A DNA stretch of 64,000 nt from Tubiluchus corallicola (GCA_030141605.1 JAQGDQ010000624.1:61102-125101); one strand, 5' to 3'; positions 11,356-25,008 are shown, counted from the first letter of the stretch. The notes: generated by a model not told the origin, from the sequence alone. Made by a program: numbers and translations.

Positions 11356-14300
11356 ATAAAGGAATGCAAGACTATTACCTTAAATAAAATTGATTTCTAC
11401 ATTATTTATTCTACATCTTTTATTCGTATAATACAGCACTATGGTTTTAGTATAAATAATTAATACAATAAAATTATTTATTTTTGTTAGTAACTAAAGA
11501 AAAACAGATGATGAAATCTGTACATATTGTAATTTATGCATTCATAAAATGCTTTTCTAACCTTTTTTTACAGGTTCCATCATCCCTTTATCTTAATATT
11601 ATTCATAAAATGCAATAGTTTTGGTATAATAAGTGATACAGAATTTGGAATTCTTTTCAAAAATCCTACTTTATGACTGTCAATCAACTGGCTGGCACTG
11701 TACCACATTAATACATAAGTAGTCCCACACTTTTGTTTTGCTTAAAGTAAAATATTTTTCTATATGCACAGTTCTAGATTACTCTAATTACATTTTTTTC
11801 TTCGGTATAAAACCCACTATTTCACACCGTTACAATAGAATTGGAAGACAATAAGAACAATTTGTGTTTTTGCCACTATTGGTGTTGCGTTAGTGCCAAA
11901 TTGCCGACTTGACGTATATAAATTTCAATCTCGTGATGTCACTTCAACGTCTTTACCGGGTTTTATATGGCATTGCAAATATTTTACATTATTTTTCCAC
12001 TTCAGTATATGCCACAAAAACAAAATCGTTTTTTCTTTTTCTTTGGATTAAAAGTAATGCTCCAGCATTTACCATATTTTTGATACATCTTCAGCATTTC
12101 TCTAAGATGCCTATATAAATTAGCAAGTAAGGATACTTACATATCTACATGCAATACAGAGCCTGCAAATGTTTTTCCAGCATAACACCTATACCCTGCA
12201 TAAATATTTAATGTGGATGGATAAATGAATGAATGACTGAATGAATGAGTGAAAGAATAATGAATGAATGAATGAATGAACGAACATCTATCATTTTGAT
12301 GTCTAAGTTCTCCCAACGACATCAGCCAATTAAAATTAAATCCATTCACTTCTTACGTCATTTATTAAAGCATCTTTGCCTTATCTCGTCCTTACAGGAA
12401 GCAGACTAATCGGTAAAGCTTGGGCTGCAAAGAAGATGATCAGTCTGCGTCTGAACGGCTATAGTTTTTAGGTTTTCTGTAACATTCCGGATACCTGGAA
12501 GACCAGAGAGGTTTCGTTATTTGTTCATTATTTGCTACAATTTGGAAGTTACCCGACGACGATTGATGCTTCTTGACTTAAAGATTTAAAGGTCAAAGGT
12601 CGAAAGTCTAGATTATTGTTTGTTGATGGTACGTTGCTTAGCAGAATCTATAAAATAGTTCAGTTATGTCAATAGACCTGGTGAGTGTTCAGGTTTTCTT
12701 TGTTGATGTGATTATGAATATGACGACCAAACATCAGTTATAGATCCTTCTTCGTATCTACAAAATCCGTGAGGTTAATATCACTAGATCTCAGTGATAA
12801 GTTCTAGAGTCTATTAAGTTTTTCTTTCTTCATCTGATTATGACGATGGAGACAAAAGTTAAACGGTCAAAGTTCACATAAAGACCACATAAAGTTAAGC
12901 ACGGCTGACAGTAAAATCAACAAACATGTTTTCATATTTAACAGATATGTGAATGAATGAATGAATGAATCAAGTGATAAATGAATGAATGGATGGATGG
13001 ATCGATGGGATTTTCCTCTCTGTTCAACACGAAAATGCCTCCCATAACATGAATGTGAATATAAAGGTAAAAAATCTAAGAGTCAAAAGTCAGAAAGTCA
13101 AGGTCACAGAAAAATTCGGGCAAATTTGAGCTGGGTCGGATTCTTGAGAAAAATATAACAACAAAAGTTTAGAAGTAACACCACCCACTAACGTAATCTT
13201 TATAGTGAGCGCTGCGAGTGGGTGAAACTAAGTTCAGCTTCTTCCTGCAGGTGAGGCAGAGCCACGCCTTACAGAAAATACCAGGAACTCGACTTAACGA
13301 TGATTACATTTAATAACGTTTTCAGGATCAATAATAACAACAATACTGCAAGAGTTGTACGTTACCGTCTTGAAAAGCGAAAACGTGAAAATGTGAAATT
13401 CATTTCAATTTACCGAACACCTTCTGTTAGTTAGACCGATACGCTTTCATAATGCGCAATTTCTTGCAAAAGAGACTGAATGTGACATTGGATAGAAGCG
13501 CTGAATCATCATCCTACGTGACTTATTTGAATATTTCATATGTGTTTGAATAGGTGATGCTTTCTTGCCAAGCCACTGCATAGAACTGCATTAGAAGATC
13601 TATTTCTTTGTATAGAAATCGCCCCAAACAAGACAACCGAAGTTGGAGGCTAAAATAGGAAAGGAAAAACATGAATGAGCGTCAAGGATGTTTCTTGAAA
13701 GCAAGTAAGGTTGTCGTTAATAGGAAAACAATATTCTGATAAAGAATTGTAAAGATAAGAGGTCCGGGGGAAAACTGCATTTATACGCAGCTGTTAAGAC
13801 ATTCTAGGACGTCAATTAATTTAAAAAGAACAGTCATGAAATAAATAGGTTTCTCAAATTTAATTGCTACAGTTCCCACTATAGATTGACATGAAGCCAC
13901 ATTATGCAGAAGTCAGTAGTCTGTCTTAGATGAAGGAAGTGATATGATCTTTCGCTAAGCTGTCACAGTTTCAATAGTCTCATATCAACATATTAACTGG
14001 CTCTGAAAGGCACTGCGCAAGGCAGAGCTATTGTTGGTCGAAGAAATCCGAACTTGGGCTTCATTTATGTACCGAATACGATGTCAGCCGCGACGCAAAC
14101 CGGAAGAAGTTGTCATTTAAGGAAAGTTTGCCAACTAATCTTTTACCGGAATAAACAATCGATTCTCTGACAGGTTCATTAAATTGTGTATTGGTTCGGC
14201 TGTCAAATTCAACTATTTGCAAACATTTTTGTATATTTTATAAAGAATGTGTTGCGAAGCCATTTATTATAAACAAATCGTGTATTGATAAATATTAAAC

Positions 14301-14406
14301 AGTGAGTTCTAATCTTAAAACTCATTTATTACTAAAAAATTAATGCAGCCTGCCGATAAAGATTTAGCTATTGTAAATAAGGTCACAGAGACTGATCAAA
14401 TTCATA

Positions 14407-14922
14407 TTATAGGAAAACCGGATTGTTTAGACTCAATCTCATTTTAATTTACTGTCCAAAATATACATTTTCTTGTCTATAAAAGTTAGCAATTGTTCCT
14501 TATATTTGAATAATTAGCAGGAAAGTCAATTAACGGCACAACACAGCTATCGCTTAAGTCATAAACAAACCACAGTTTGTGCAATAGTAGGTATCTTCCC
14601 TGCACGTCAAGCACGAACAGCGTATAAGATGCTGATGTGATGTCACGAAAATGGGCTCTACGTCACAGTGACGTGCAGACGAATACCGCAGCCATGATCA
14701 TGCTAATCACACTACCACTCCTATTTCTCGGCCACAGGAATGTGACAAAAAGGCGCCAATGTTAGTCTAACTGGATTCGCTGACCCACGCGTGGCTTTGA
14801 AAGTTTAACCAATTTAATGTTTAATCTAAGCTTTGATTTAAAAAAAACTGCTGTAGTTTTCAATATTTTACAGCATACTTTATCTTGAACTAACGTCTAC
14901 ACAATCGTCCGGTTTTCCTTTA
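14407..14922 (+). mobile_element. Kolobok-like MITE family D copy
   Basis: aggaaaaccgga... left end and ...tccggttttcctTTAA right end are inverted termini; homologous along its length to 56451-56966. Confidence 0.8.
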
Positions 14923-15235
14923 AAGACCTCAGGTCAGAGGTCAATGCAATGTCACCAGAAATATTTTGGGTAATCAAAAGTAAATGTTGTAGTGTACGAG
15001 ACTGAAATGGAAGACCTTCTAGATGACTGACTGTCAGTGAGTGATGATATCAGAATGATGAGGTTAGAAAACGTCAAGGGTCAGTACACTTTGGGGTGGC
15101 TAATTCGGTAACGTCATGTTTTTCACTACCCCTTCCCATTTAGATAATTTATCCTGGCACTAATATGTTTGTTTTTTTATGTCAGGGATAAATAAATTTG
15201 ATTTGATTTAACTTTACGCTTCTAAGACTTCTTGC

Positions 15236-15718
15236 TTAAAGGCGAAGAAAAGGGAAAACTTTGCATGCAAAGTTATATTGCTTAATATTACGCTTATATC
15301 TGTTTAAAAGACTTATGTAATTGGCAAAGAAAATTCCTTAAAGTTTAAAATATTCACGCCACCAAGTAAAATGTCACTGCGTCACCATCTCAGTGTGCAC
15401 CACTGATTTATCAGAAAACACAGTATTGATCTTACTGTAATTTAAATTTTTGCTTAATTAGCAATTGATTTTGAAATATAAGTAAATTAAAATTGAAATC
15501 ATTTTTCTAACTTTTAGCAATTTTATCTAAACTTGTTTCAAACAACTTACCGCTAAAATGGCCTAACGGTCATCGCGGGAGTTTGAATTCACAAGCTTCA
15601 TACAACGTTACTGTTAACGCAAGCTCTGTATCCAACAAAATGGCAATTACGTGATGTAAAATTTCAAAAGGAATTTTTTGAGCTTATTTATGAAGGAGGG
15701 TGTTTTTTTGTTATTTAA
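15236..15718 (+). mobile_element. TTAA-bounded MITE family C copy
   Basis: TTAA-AGG left end; body (caaagttatattgc..., ggtcatcgcgggagttt..., aagctctgt) shared with 22654-23147 and 49123-49378. Confidence 0.7.
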
Positions 15719-16364
15719 AATTTACAGCCAAATCAAAACCACAAAAGTTGAAAAGGCAAATACATTAACAAAACTTTTTACTACCGAATCACAGCAGGAC
15801 TGTTGTATTTCTTCCGCAGACATTTTTCCTAGCAAACGTTTGACTTATAAGTCGAGTTGCACTCTTCTTGAAGGGTTTCGCTGTATTTGTGTATCACATG
15901 TAACCAACAAGCATGGCTTCTTACAGTAATCTGATTATGTAAGAAATAAGCATGCAACAAGAGCTGACGCAAAGGGACACGCATTGAGGATTAAATCGTG
16001 CAGTTTTGCCGACAGAGAAGGATTTTTTGGAGACGTTAATCCAATTTACGCTGGTGTACATCTTGTTCATTCGAACTGGGAATCAGAGTCAGAATCCGTC
16101 AAAGCACTTGCGATTTTGTTACTTTCGATAATGAACCATCACCTTTAATACATCTAGAACCAATTGGGGATTAGGAAAAACTTCTTACAAGCGTAATTAC
16201 TGAAAAATTTTATAAACTTACTCCTGCTGTTTTAAGAAGACAGACCGGCTACTTAGTCACGTGTAAAAGATTTCACTTTGAGAAGCCAGAAGAAAAATTT
16301 TTGTGCCCTCCCAATTTTCGGATTCTTCAAAAGCTAATAAACCGTTTTATTTACGTTATTTATA

Positions 16365-16490
16365 CATGATGATGGTATAGATGATGACGATGATGATAAT
16401 GACGGTGATGTGATAATGATGATTATGACGATAAAGACGACGACGATGATGATGATGACAACGATGATAGATGACGGTGATGATGACGAA
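16365..16490. repeat. Degenerate (GAT/GAC)n microsatellite
   Basis: Seen directly; a similar tract lies at 19345-19477. Confidence 0.85.
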
Positions 16491-19400
16491 TGCCTATCTC
16501 TTTGATCTTTAACTATTTACAAATAGGTATACACAATCGAAGCCACTACATGTAGGCCAATAAAGTACACAAATATTACATGTACTTATTGAAGTATGCG
16601 AAATAAATAAATACTTTATTATAATTAACAAATATGTGGAGTATCACTGCTCAATAGTTATCTAGAAAACCATTATACAGCTAGATTTTATGAACAACTA
16701 ATAGTAGGTTATAATGTAGGTAATAGTAAAGTACACTTTACCTTAAACAATTTGAATTATTGCTGATTAGCAAAGTTAGTTAACATTCTAACAGAGAGAA
16801 TATAGATATAACTGCACTATTTACACATTTTAACTATTTAACTTTGACAATCTTTATTTACAAGTAAGCATAATTTAGTTTCCGTGAGCAAAAATTTCTA
16901 TTAAAAAATGGTCGCGCAATAAATTTACAATCTTTAACTACACAAATCCAGTGTAGATCCCGCTGCCCTAATTTCTCTACAAACGACCGTCTTCTTAAAT
17001 TATTCACTTGTTTATACACGCCAAATAAGTGGGTCCCGCAAAGTACCTTGTGTACCTTATGGAACGCCTATAGTTTTGAGCTACGTAACTGTGGTTTGAG
17101 ATTCTTCATTTGAGCAGTTTCTCAAAATATCAACATTATTAGAATAGCCTTGCTGTATTCCAATTATCATTAGATCCAATCATTGATTTCGCATGTGCAC
17201 TCAATACAGATCCCAGTAAGCAAAATCATAACATTTTTATTTATCAACGCTTTAATGTTTACTCTTCATTCGTTTATTTTCGCTCATAGGTTAAAAATTT
17301 GTTGAAAAATATACCGTTTTTAAAAAGGTAAATGCATGTAAGTCAACAGGGAAGTGGGCTAAAATGTGCTAAAATATTATTAATTTGGTGATACTTGTAA
17401 AGTGAACTTAAAATGAGGTAATATTCTTTTTTAAATTCAGCTGTAAATAAGTGAAGATGTTTGCGAGTGCGGAAAGTAAAGTAAAAATGAAGTAAAAGCT
17501 AAGTTTTACAAACAATAGTGAAGTACTTCATTATTAGCATCTTCCAGGTATCAAGAACTGATGGAAAAGTCGATTAGTGTAAATAATTTTAGCCTCCTCT
17601 CGAGTTTTATTCAAAAAGAAAAATAAAACAACAAACTGAACTACTTCAAAATATTTTCTCATGCAGAAATATTTTTATAGCAAACATAAAACTGACACAG
17701 GCTTGTATAAGATTTTTTCCTTTTTTTCGTCTGTTTTACGCAAATAGATTCAACTACTACACCTTTCCTACTTGTACACGTTTTGCACCTTTTTTCCGAG
17801 CACACAGTACACAGCTTCACGTGTAAAAACAATTAAACGTACCCGTAAAACTAATTAATTGCTCTCTTCCTCTTAAATATCATGATAACAATAGGTAAGA
17901 CATATAGAAGTTACTCCATCACGACCGTCAAACACACGATAATCTAGCAAGCAGCCTCACCGTCAACTGTTTCCACTAGAAACATCGATAAAACACAAGA
18001 CGTTGTAGAGACCAGACCACGTTGGACACAAAAACACAGAGAAGTCTGAAGCCACACCGATGATCAATAACCTTGATCCCTCCTCGAGCTTCATATACTT
18101 ACTGAATTAGGTATGTAAATCGCTAGACTGAGAAGAATTACTAGTGCCCGAGGTAACCAAGGTTATTTGCTTTGAAGAGGAAGAGTGGCAGAAAGAGAAG
18201 CCATAAGATGATGATTACTCTTAAATGAAGCCATACAATCAAAACTGAGCCCGTTCGTAATGGGGAGGGGGGCTTCAGCACCTCATAGGGCACTGACACA
18301 GCGATCTTTGACTTCCAACTTTTGTCATGTGTCCTGCTCGTCTTTTATCTTCCGTCACGCGATAGAAATCGTGAGTGTGGCATGCCCACTAACATAAGTA
18401 GGCACGCCATAGCCATCAGGCTTTTGCGGACCAGTTTGTTTTGCAAAATCTTAACTCCTTTCAACGCATACTGAGAACAAATAGGAAAAAATGACTTACT
18501 TTGATACTAAAATTGCCGTGGTACAACAGATGCACCAACAAAACTTGCAGTTAAGGTGTGTTGCAATTGCCTGTTAAACTATTTCAATTTCAACTGGCAC
18601 TTGTTCGACTTTAGTCGCAATTACAGAATTTGTTATTATTTATTTTTTGTTGAGTTTATCCAAATTTACAAATCAACACTATAGAACATGCAAACATACC
18701 CAGGTAGGCCTACTTTGTTTGTAGTTTTAAAAATAGCCAAAAAGTGTTTCGTTACATATAACAGAACACAGAAACAGGCAGGAAAACCGGCTTTGTGTTA
18801 AGAAACTATATACCAAACAAGTGAACATCAAACTGACGACTCATAAGTTTCTGCTTTCAACTTCCGGTAAACATCCAAACTTTCGAACATAACAGGAACA
18901 AAGAAGAAAAACAAATCAGGAAGCTGCAGGCAAGATGCCACTAAGAAGTTTCGTGATTTTCACAATTGTCTGCCTAAAGGACTAAAACTTTTGTAAAGTC
19001 CATTTCTTAAAAACTTTGATTTACATACAAGCTTATAATCTAAAACATGACCACGAAGTCAGTACAGTGCCTAAACAACTGTCCCTCAGTTAACCTGAGG
19101 TCACTCGCCCACAAACTTGGTAAAATCGTTTCCACTATTCTGGATTTAAACTACAGTAGTAACTGAACGAGTTCATCCTGTTCAGAACTTTGTGGGTGGA
19201 ACAAAAAATAAAAGCTGAGAAAATTAAAATGATTATCCACGGAGTGTAGTACGGTGACTTTGAACTCTCACGGTCACTTGCTAACCGACTAGATTCATGG
19301 CTGGGCTAAGTTTATTATCCAGCGATGGTAATCAAATGAGCAAGTATGATGATGATGGTGGTGGTGACGATGATCGTAGTGGTTGTGGTGATGGTGATAA

Positions 19401-19630
19401 TGATGATGATATCAACGATGATGACGACGACAATGATGACGATGATGATCTAGTGATGCTGCTGGTGATGATGATGTAACAAAAATATCGGCCTATAAAT
19501 ACGAGCAACAATACAATGAAATAAAATATTGAGCAGCTAAGTGGTCTATATAATTATGTTTATATCTTATTTACTAGGAGTTGGCCTTGGTGAAACTCAG
19601 GACCATTGATATGTTAAATAATCGGCTTAC

Positions 19631-19652
19631 CAGATGAATTCTGTCACGTGAC
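19631..19652 (-). CDS. Candidate 22-nt micro-exon 7 of the minus-strand gene (C-HVTEFI)
   Basis: Acceptor ctcgctttcgcttcag| and donor TG|gtaagc; open in the phase 1 left by exon 6; extends the RVSF motif with a hydrophobic segment. Confidence 0.4.
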
Positions 19653-20284
19653 CTGAAGCGAAAGCGAGTAGTGGGTAAAATCTGTTCATCAATGAAATCA
19701 ATGATTGCTCGGATGCAGTCTGGCAATAATGGATGGATGGGCCTAGTTTCGATTGGAAAAGCTTTTACAGCGCTACATTACGCATGATAAACAACATCAT
19801 TACGGGAATCGTTCATGTCATGTTTTACCAGAGCAGCCATGTCTTGCGAAATTACCTTTTTTATCTGCGACAAAGTTGCTAGCTCTAGGAAGTGCGTGTG
19901 TTGCTTTTGTTTCCGCCTTCCCTTTTTATTCGGTCAAATGGCTGTTGTGACATTTGACATCGCGAAGGAAGTGACAATTGACTAAGCTTTGAAAATATTC
20001 TGGTTCAGCAGTCGGACGTCATTTTTGGACAAAGTATGAGTTTTTATAATAAACTCAAAAAATAACAAGAACTATAAAAACATTCAGCAAACGTATCAGA
20101 ATAACTAAAATATTAAACTAATAAAAAGGTTAAATTTTTACTTTGAGCTAAAACAGCCATAAACAGGCATAGGCAACATAAAGACAAGAAACGAAAAACC
20201 GTGCACGCACGGAAAACTAAAACTGGGTGCACGAAACTATGTGTTTGGTAGTTTGATTTGTTGTATATTTTCTTGCGGAAATAA

Positions 20285-21320
20285 AGAATAGAAAATAATA
20301 GAATAGAATAGGATAGGACAGAACAGAATAGAACAGAATAGAATAGAATAGATAGGACAGGACAGGACAGGACAGGACAGGACAGGACAGGACAGGACAG
20401 GACAGGACAGGACAGGACAGGACAGGACAGGACAGGACAGGACAGGACAGGACAGGACAGGACAGGACAGGACAGAATAGAACAGATTAGAACAGAACAG
20501 AACAGATCAGATCAGAGCAGAGCAGAGCAGAGCAGAGCAGAGCAGAGCAGAGCAGAGCAGAGCAGAGCAGAGCAGAGCAGAGCAGAGCAGAGCAGAGCAG
20601 AACAGAACAGCACAGCACAGCACAAAACAGAACAGGACAGAACAGAAAAGAGCCATAGGAGAGCCGAACAGAAGAACAGAACAGGAAAGACCAGAGCAGA
20701 GCAGAACGGAACAGAACAGAACAGAACAGCACAGCACAAAACAGAACAGGACAGAACAGAAAAGAGCCATAGGAGAGCCGAACAGAAGAACAGAACAGGA
20801 AAGACCAGAGCAGAGCCGAACGGAACAGAACAGAACAGAACAGCACAGCACAAAACAGAACAGGACAGAGCAGAAAAGAGCCATAGGAGAGCCGAACAGA
20901 AGAACAGAACAGGAAAGACCAGAGCAGAGCCGAACGGAACAGAACAGAACAGAACAGCACAGCACAAAAACAGAACAGAACAGAGCAGAAAAGAGCCATA
21001 GGAGAGCCGAACAGAAGAACAGAACAGGAAAGACCAGAGCAGAGCCGAACGGAACAGAACAGAACAGAACAGCACAGCACTTAACAGAACAGAACAGGGC
21101 AGAGCAGAAAAGAGCATAGGAAAGCCGAACAGAAGAACAGAACAGGAAAGACCAGAGCAGAGCTGAACGGAACAGAACAGAACAGAACAGCACAGCACAA
21201 AACAGAACAGAACAGGACAGAGCAGAAAAGAGCATAGGAAAGCCGAACAGAAGAACAGAACAGGAAAGACCAGAGCAGAGCCGAACGGAACGGAACAGAA
21301 CAGAACAGAACAGAATAGAA
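20285..21320. repeat. Compound pentanucleotide satellite grading into a 114-119 bp higher-order minisatellite
   Basis: (AATAG)n, (GACAG)n and (AGCAG)n, then six units marked by agc(c)atagga at 20651, 20765, 20879, 20994, 21113 and 21231. Confidence 0.95.
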
Positions 21321-21845
21321 GATCTCGGTTAAAGAAGTGTCAGACCGTGAGAGAATCGCAAACATCCACAAGTGGGAAAATGTGATACTGACTGATATTC
21401 ACATTAGGCAGAGAAAACTAAACATATTTTTAACAGCAGGCTAGTAGCATCAGAGATTTTCAGTAAGTTCTAAAATAGAATATTCAAGCCGTCGCAAAGG
21501 TTGTCTTTTGACTTTAAATTTTCACCTGTCACTTCCAAATCAATAGCAGAGGCAGAGAAACCCTATTTTATACAAAGCACCACAAAGCTAATGACTACTC
21601 GATGTAAGGGAAGTACAGTTAAAAAATGGAAATTTGAATAATGGTCCAGAATATAAGATTCCTATGACTAATCTAAGTTTGGTAGTGATAGATTTGGGAA
21701 AACTGGATTTATAAGTAGTTGTTATGCTTCTAAACATACACGTAAATATCTTGAATGAATGTAGGTCCATACTAACTCTCCTAGAATAAAGACTAAGTCC
21801 ACGTTATCGCTTACAGTCTTGGGTTCAAGTCCCGCGGCTGCTTTA

Positions 21846-21991
21846 GTTTATGTTGCATACACTACAATATGCGAAACTAAACATTAAACGTCATCTGTGT
21901 ATAGACACCCGTTCTCATGTTTATGTTGCATACACTACAATATGCGAAACTAAACATTAAACGTCATTTCTGTATAGACACCCGTTCTCAT
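21846..21991. repeat. Tandem duplication, 2 x 73 bp
   Basis: gtttatgttgcatacactac...cccgttctcat at 21846 and 21919. Confidence 0.93.
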
Positions 21992-22349
21992 GAAAGGAAA
22001 AACCAGACCCAATCTTAAACTGTAGGTCAAAACAATCTACTCTTTACAATATTGAAAAGCAACATACTATTTTTTCAAAAAATGACTTGCGTGAAAGAAT
22101 TATTACCACACAAACGCAATTTCGCCACTCGCTGGTTAGACGGGCACCAGCATCTGCATTTCGGAAACACATTGCACAAAAAACAGGTGCTGTACCTCTC
22201 AATTCAAACATGTTACTTTGTGATGTCATCACTAGCTAGGCTCGCCCGCCGTTAAATAAGTTTTTAATCTATTATTTGATTAACAGAAACACTTTTGTAG
22301 TATTACTGGTATGGGATAGTATGTGGAAAATCATCCTGTCTTCCTTTAA
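21992..22349 (+). mobile_element. Kolobok/T2-like MITE family B copy (internally deleted)
   Basis: aaggaaaaaccagacccaatcttaaactgtaggtcaaaac... to ...catcctgtcttcctTTAA; about ten related copies in the window. Confidence 0.82.
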
Positions 22350-22653
22350 ATAATCAGGCGTACATAAATGTTGTCTTCAGTTTAAAACACGGAAAAGTTT
22401 CGAGTTCTCTGGTGAATTTTGCTCAATTTTACGCAACGCCGTTAATTATCGTGTACGCATTCCCTGCAGACAAGAGAATAACTTTTTCCACAACGAAAAC
22501 AGGCGGATTCTGAGGACTCTTAAAACTAATTTACGACTCGGACGACTGGCTTCATTTGCGTCAACACAGACGCACTCCTGCCGATTTTGTTAGCTAATTT
22601 GTTTATTTTAAAGTTAGTCAGTTTTTAAACAGGAAGAAAAAGGAGTTGTAAAG

Positions 22654-23147
22654 TATACCCTGGTATCCCAAAGAACTTTTAACACAAAGTTATATTACTG
22701 AGCATTACACTTACGTTGAAAGATTTATATAATAGATAATTGAAAATTCTTAATAACATGTTCACGACATCTGGTAAAACGTCATTGTATCACTATCCCA
22801 GTGTACACCATTGGTTCACCAAGAAAGACATTATTGATCTTAATGACACGATAAAGCAATTTATACTTTCCTGCTTTATAGTATTCTATTTTTTTATTTA
22901 GTTAGCGAAGTGTGTGCTACGAATGCTCTGATTACTTTTTCAAACTTTACGCAATGTTACCTAAACTTTTTTCAAACGACATCGTTAAAATGGCTGCACC
23001 TAATAGTCATCGCGGGAGTTTAGGTTTACAAGTTTTATTCAGTGTTACTGTTAACACAAGCTCTGTGTGCAACAAGACGTAAGTGATACAAAATTTAAAC
23101 AGATATTTTGAAAGTTTTATTTACGAAGAGTGTTTCTTGTGCTTTAA
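22654..23147 (+). mobile_element. MITE family C copy
   Basis: Homologous to 15236-15718; ends gtttcttgtgctTTAA. Confidence 0.7.
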
Positions 23148-24050
23148 ATCATTTACCTGGTTGTTAATATCAGAAGCTAAGCGATTCACTACGAACTTTA
23201 TTAATCCCAGCATCTTAGCACGATGATGTTATTATCATTACATTATTCTGTACAGGCATCTACGGCAGTTTATTTGGTAATAAGGTGGCGCCATCTGTCG
23301 CACACACACAAGTATAAATTACGAAGCAAGGAAAAGTCGCTGGAAGACATTAATATAGGAAGAAGGGTTCACATTATGTAATAATAAATGACTTTAAATT
23401 CCTAATAAGTGAAGTTCTAACTTAGGTTACAACACACACATATACTACATTGTTATTCCAACAATTCCAGCTTTTTTGCTAGCGCATATTATAAAGTAAT
23501 CTAAGTGCAAAGTACATTACAGTGTTGTGGCGCCACCTATCGGAGAGTTTACTATCCAAATACACAAAAGTACTAAACTAAATGTCAAGCAGCGAGACTT
23601 CAGGACTTCTAACCTAAAATTCAGTTCGAAGACATGCTAGCCACAATTAAGTTGTCAATCATACTAAAAATACAATAATTTAAACCCGCTGGTTTTTAGG
23701 AGTTTTGCAGCTGGGTTTTACGATCAATTTTAAGTTAAACTTGTTTATTTTTAGCAAATTGCTATTGAATTCTTTACAAAAATAACATTTATTTTCTCCA
23801 AATTCTACTGTTATAAAGAAAATAAAATCATCTGAATGAACTGAATAAAATTTTCTGAATAAAAGTTTTCCTGTTGAGACGTATAAAATAAAGCATCACA
23901 CGAAAGAATAAATATCTCACTAGATAATTAGGGTTACTTTAAAAAATACACGCAGAAGTGCTTTATGCACACTCTTGAAGAAATTCACCTTGCTAATAAA
24001 GATCCGTGTATATCAATGCCGAATGATATAAATAGCTGATGCAAACAAAA

Positions 24051-24100
24051 TCTCCCAGGTCACCCATCCATTTAAAAATCAAGCTCAGCATTGCTAACTT
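24051..24100 (-). pseudogene. 5S rRNA-derived fragment (SINE3-like or 5S pseudogene)
   Basis: ctcccaggtcacccatcca...tgctaactt resembles the reverse complement of the 5S internal promoter region (AAGCTAAGC...TGGATGGGAGACC...CTGGGA). Confidence 0.55.
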
Positions 24101-24161
24101 TGCCCTGGCACTATGATCGCTGACCCCAACAAATATATGTGAAGCAAAACAAATTACTCAC

Positions 24162-24257
24162 AGTCTGATGCAAAAGAAACTCTAGGCAAAGATCTCCTCC
24201 TCTTAACTCTTTTCCCACGTCGAGGATGACTTGGTGAGTGGTCCGGTGTCACGCCCT
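24162..24257 (-). CDS. Coding exon 6 of the minus-strand gene (E-GVTPDHSPSHPRRGKRVKRRRSLPRVSFASD)
   Basis: Acceptor ctttattttttaacag|, donor |gtgagt, 96 nt, phase 1 to 1, open in the frame delivered by exon 5. Confidence 0.72.
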
Positions 24258-24469
24258 CTGTTAAAAAATAAAGCATAAAAATCAATTTATGTGAAAAATC
24301 TATTAGATACAGTCAAAGTTAGTCCCATTCATCAACCTTCCAGTTCTATTTGATAAATTCTCAATATTATCCAGCAATGTGGTATCAGCTAGAGGTGCTC
24401 AGTATAGGTGTAGACCTAGGTCCTCACTTGGTGCAAAATTAATTTTGACGTTTTTCACTTTGTGACCAT

Positions 24470-25008
24470 GACCCTGAACTTCCTAAAGTTCTAAACTAAA
24501 AAACAATGTGTTTCTTGACCGTTGGCTTTCTAAAGTTCTAAACTAAAAAGCAATGGGTTTCCTTGACGATTGACTTCCTAAAGTTGTAGACGAAAAAGCA
24601 ATGGGTTTCCTTGACCCTTGACTTCCTAAAATTCTAAACTAAAAAGCAATGGGTTTCCTTGACCCTTGACTTCCTAAAGTTCTAAACTAAAAAGCAATGG
24701 GTTTCCTTGACCCTTGACTTCCTAAAATTCTAAACTAAAAAGCAATGGGTTTCCTTGACCCTTGACTTCCTAAAATTCTAAACTAAAAAGCAATGGGTTT
24801 CCTTGACCCTTGACTTCCTAAAATTCTAAACTAAAAAGCAATGGGTTTCCTTGACCCTTGACTTCCTAAAGTTCTAAACTAAAAAGCAATGGGTTTCCTT
24901 GACCCTTGACTTCCTAAAATTCTAAACTAAAAAGCAATGGGTTTCCTTGACCCTTGACTTCCTAAAATTCTAAACTAAAAAGCAATGGGTATCCAAGTCT
25001 TTCCTTGA
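24470..25008. repeat. 48-bp minisatellite, about 11 units, intronic
   Basis: gacccttgacttcctaaa(a/g)ttctaaactaaaaagcaatgggtttcctt at 24661, 24709 ... 24901, with degenerate flanking units. Confidence 0.96.

Noticed and set aside
12396-12424. Extra 29-nt minus-strand exon (SQALPISLLP)
   Set aside because: Plausible splice sites but very short, incompatible in phase with the 19631 micro-exon, and no continuation found.
20487-21371. Cys/Leu/Ser-rich ORFs of up to 242 aa
   Set aside because: The minus strand of the pentamer satellite is nearly devoid of A, so stops are rare and all three frames are open.
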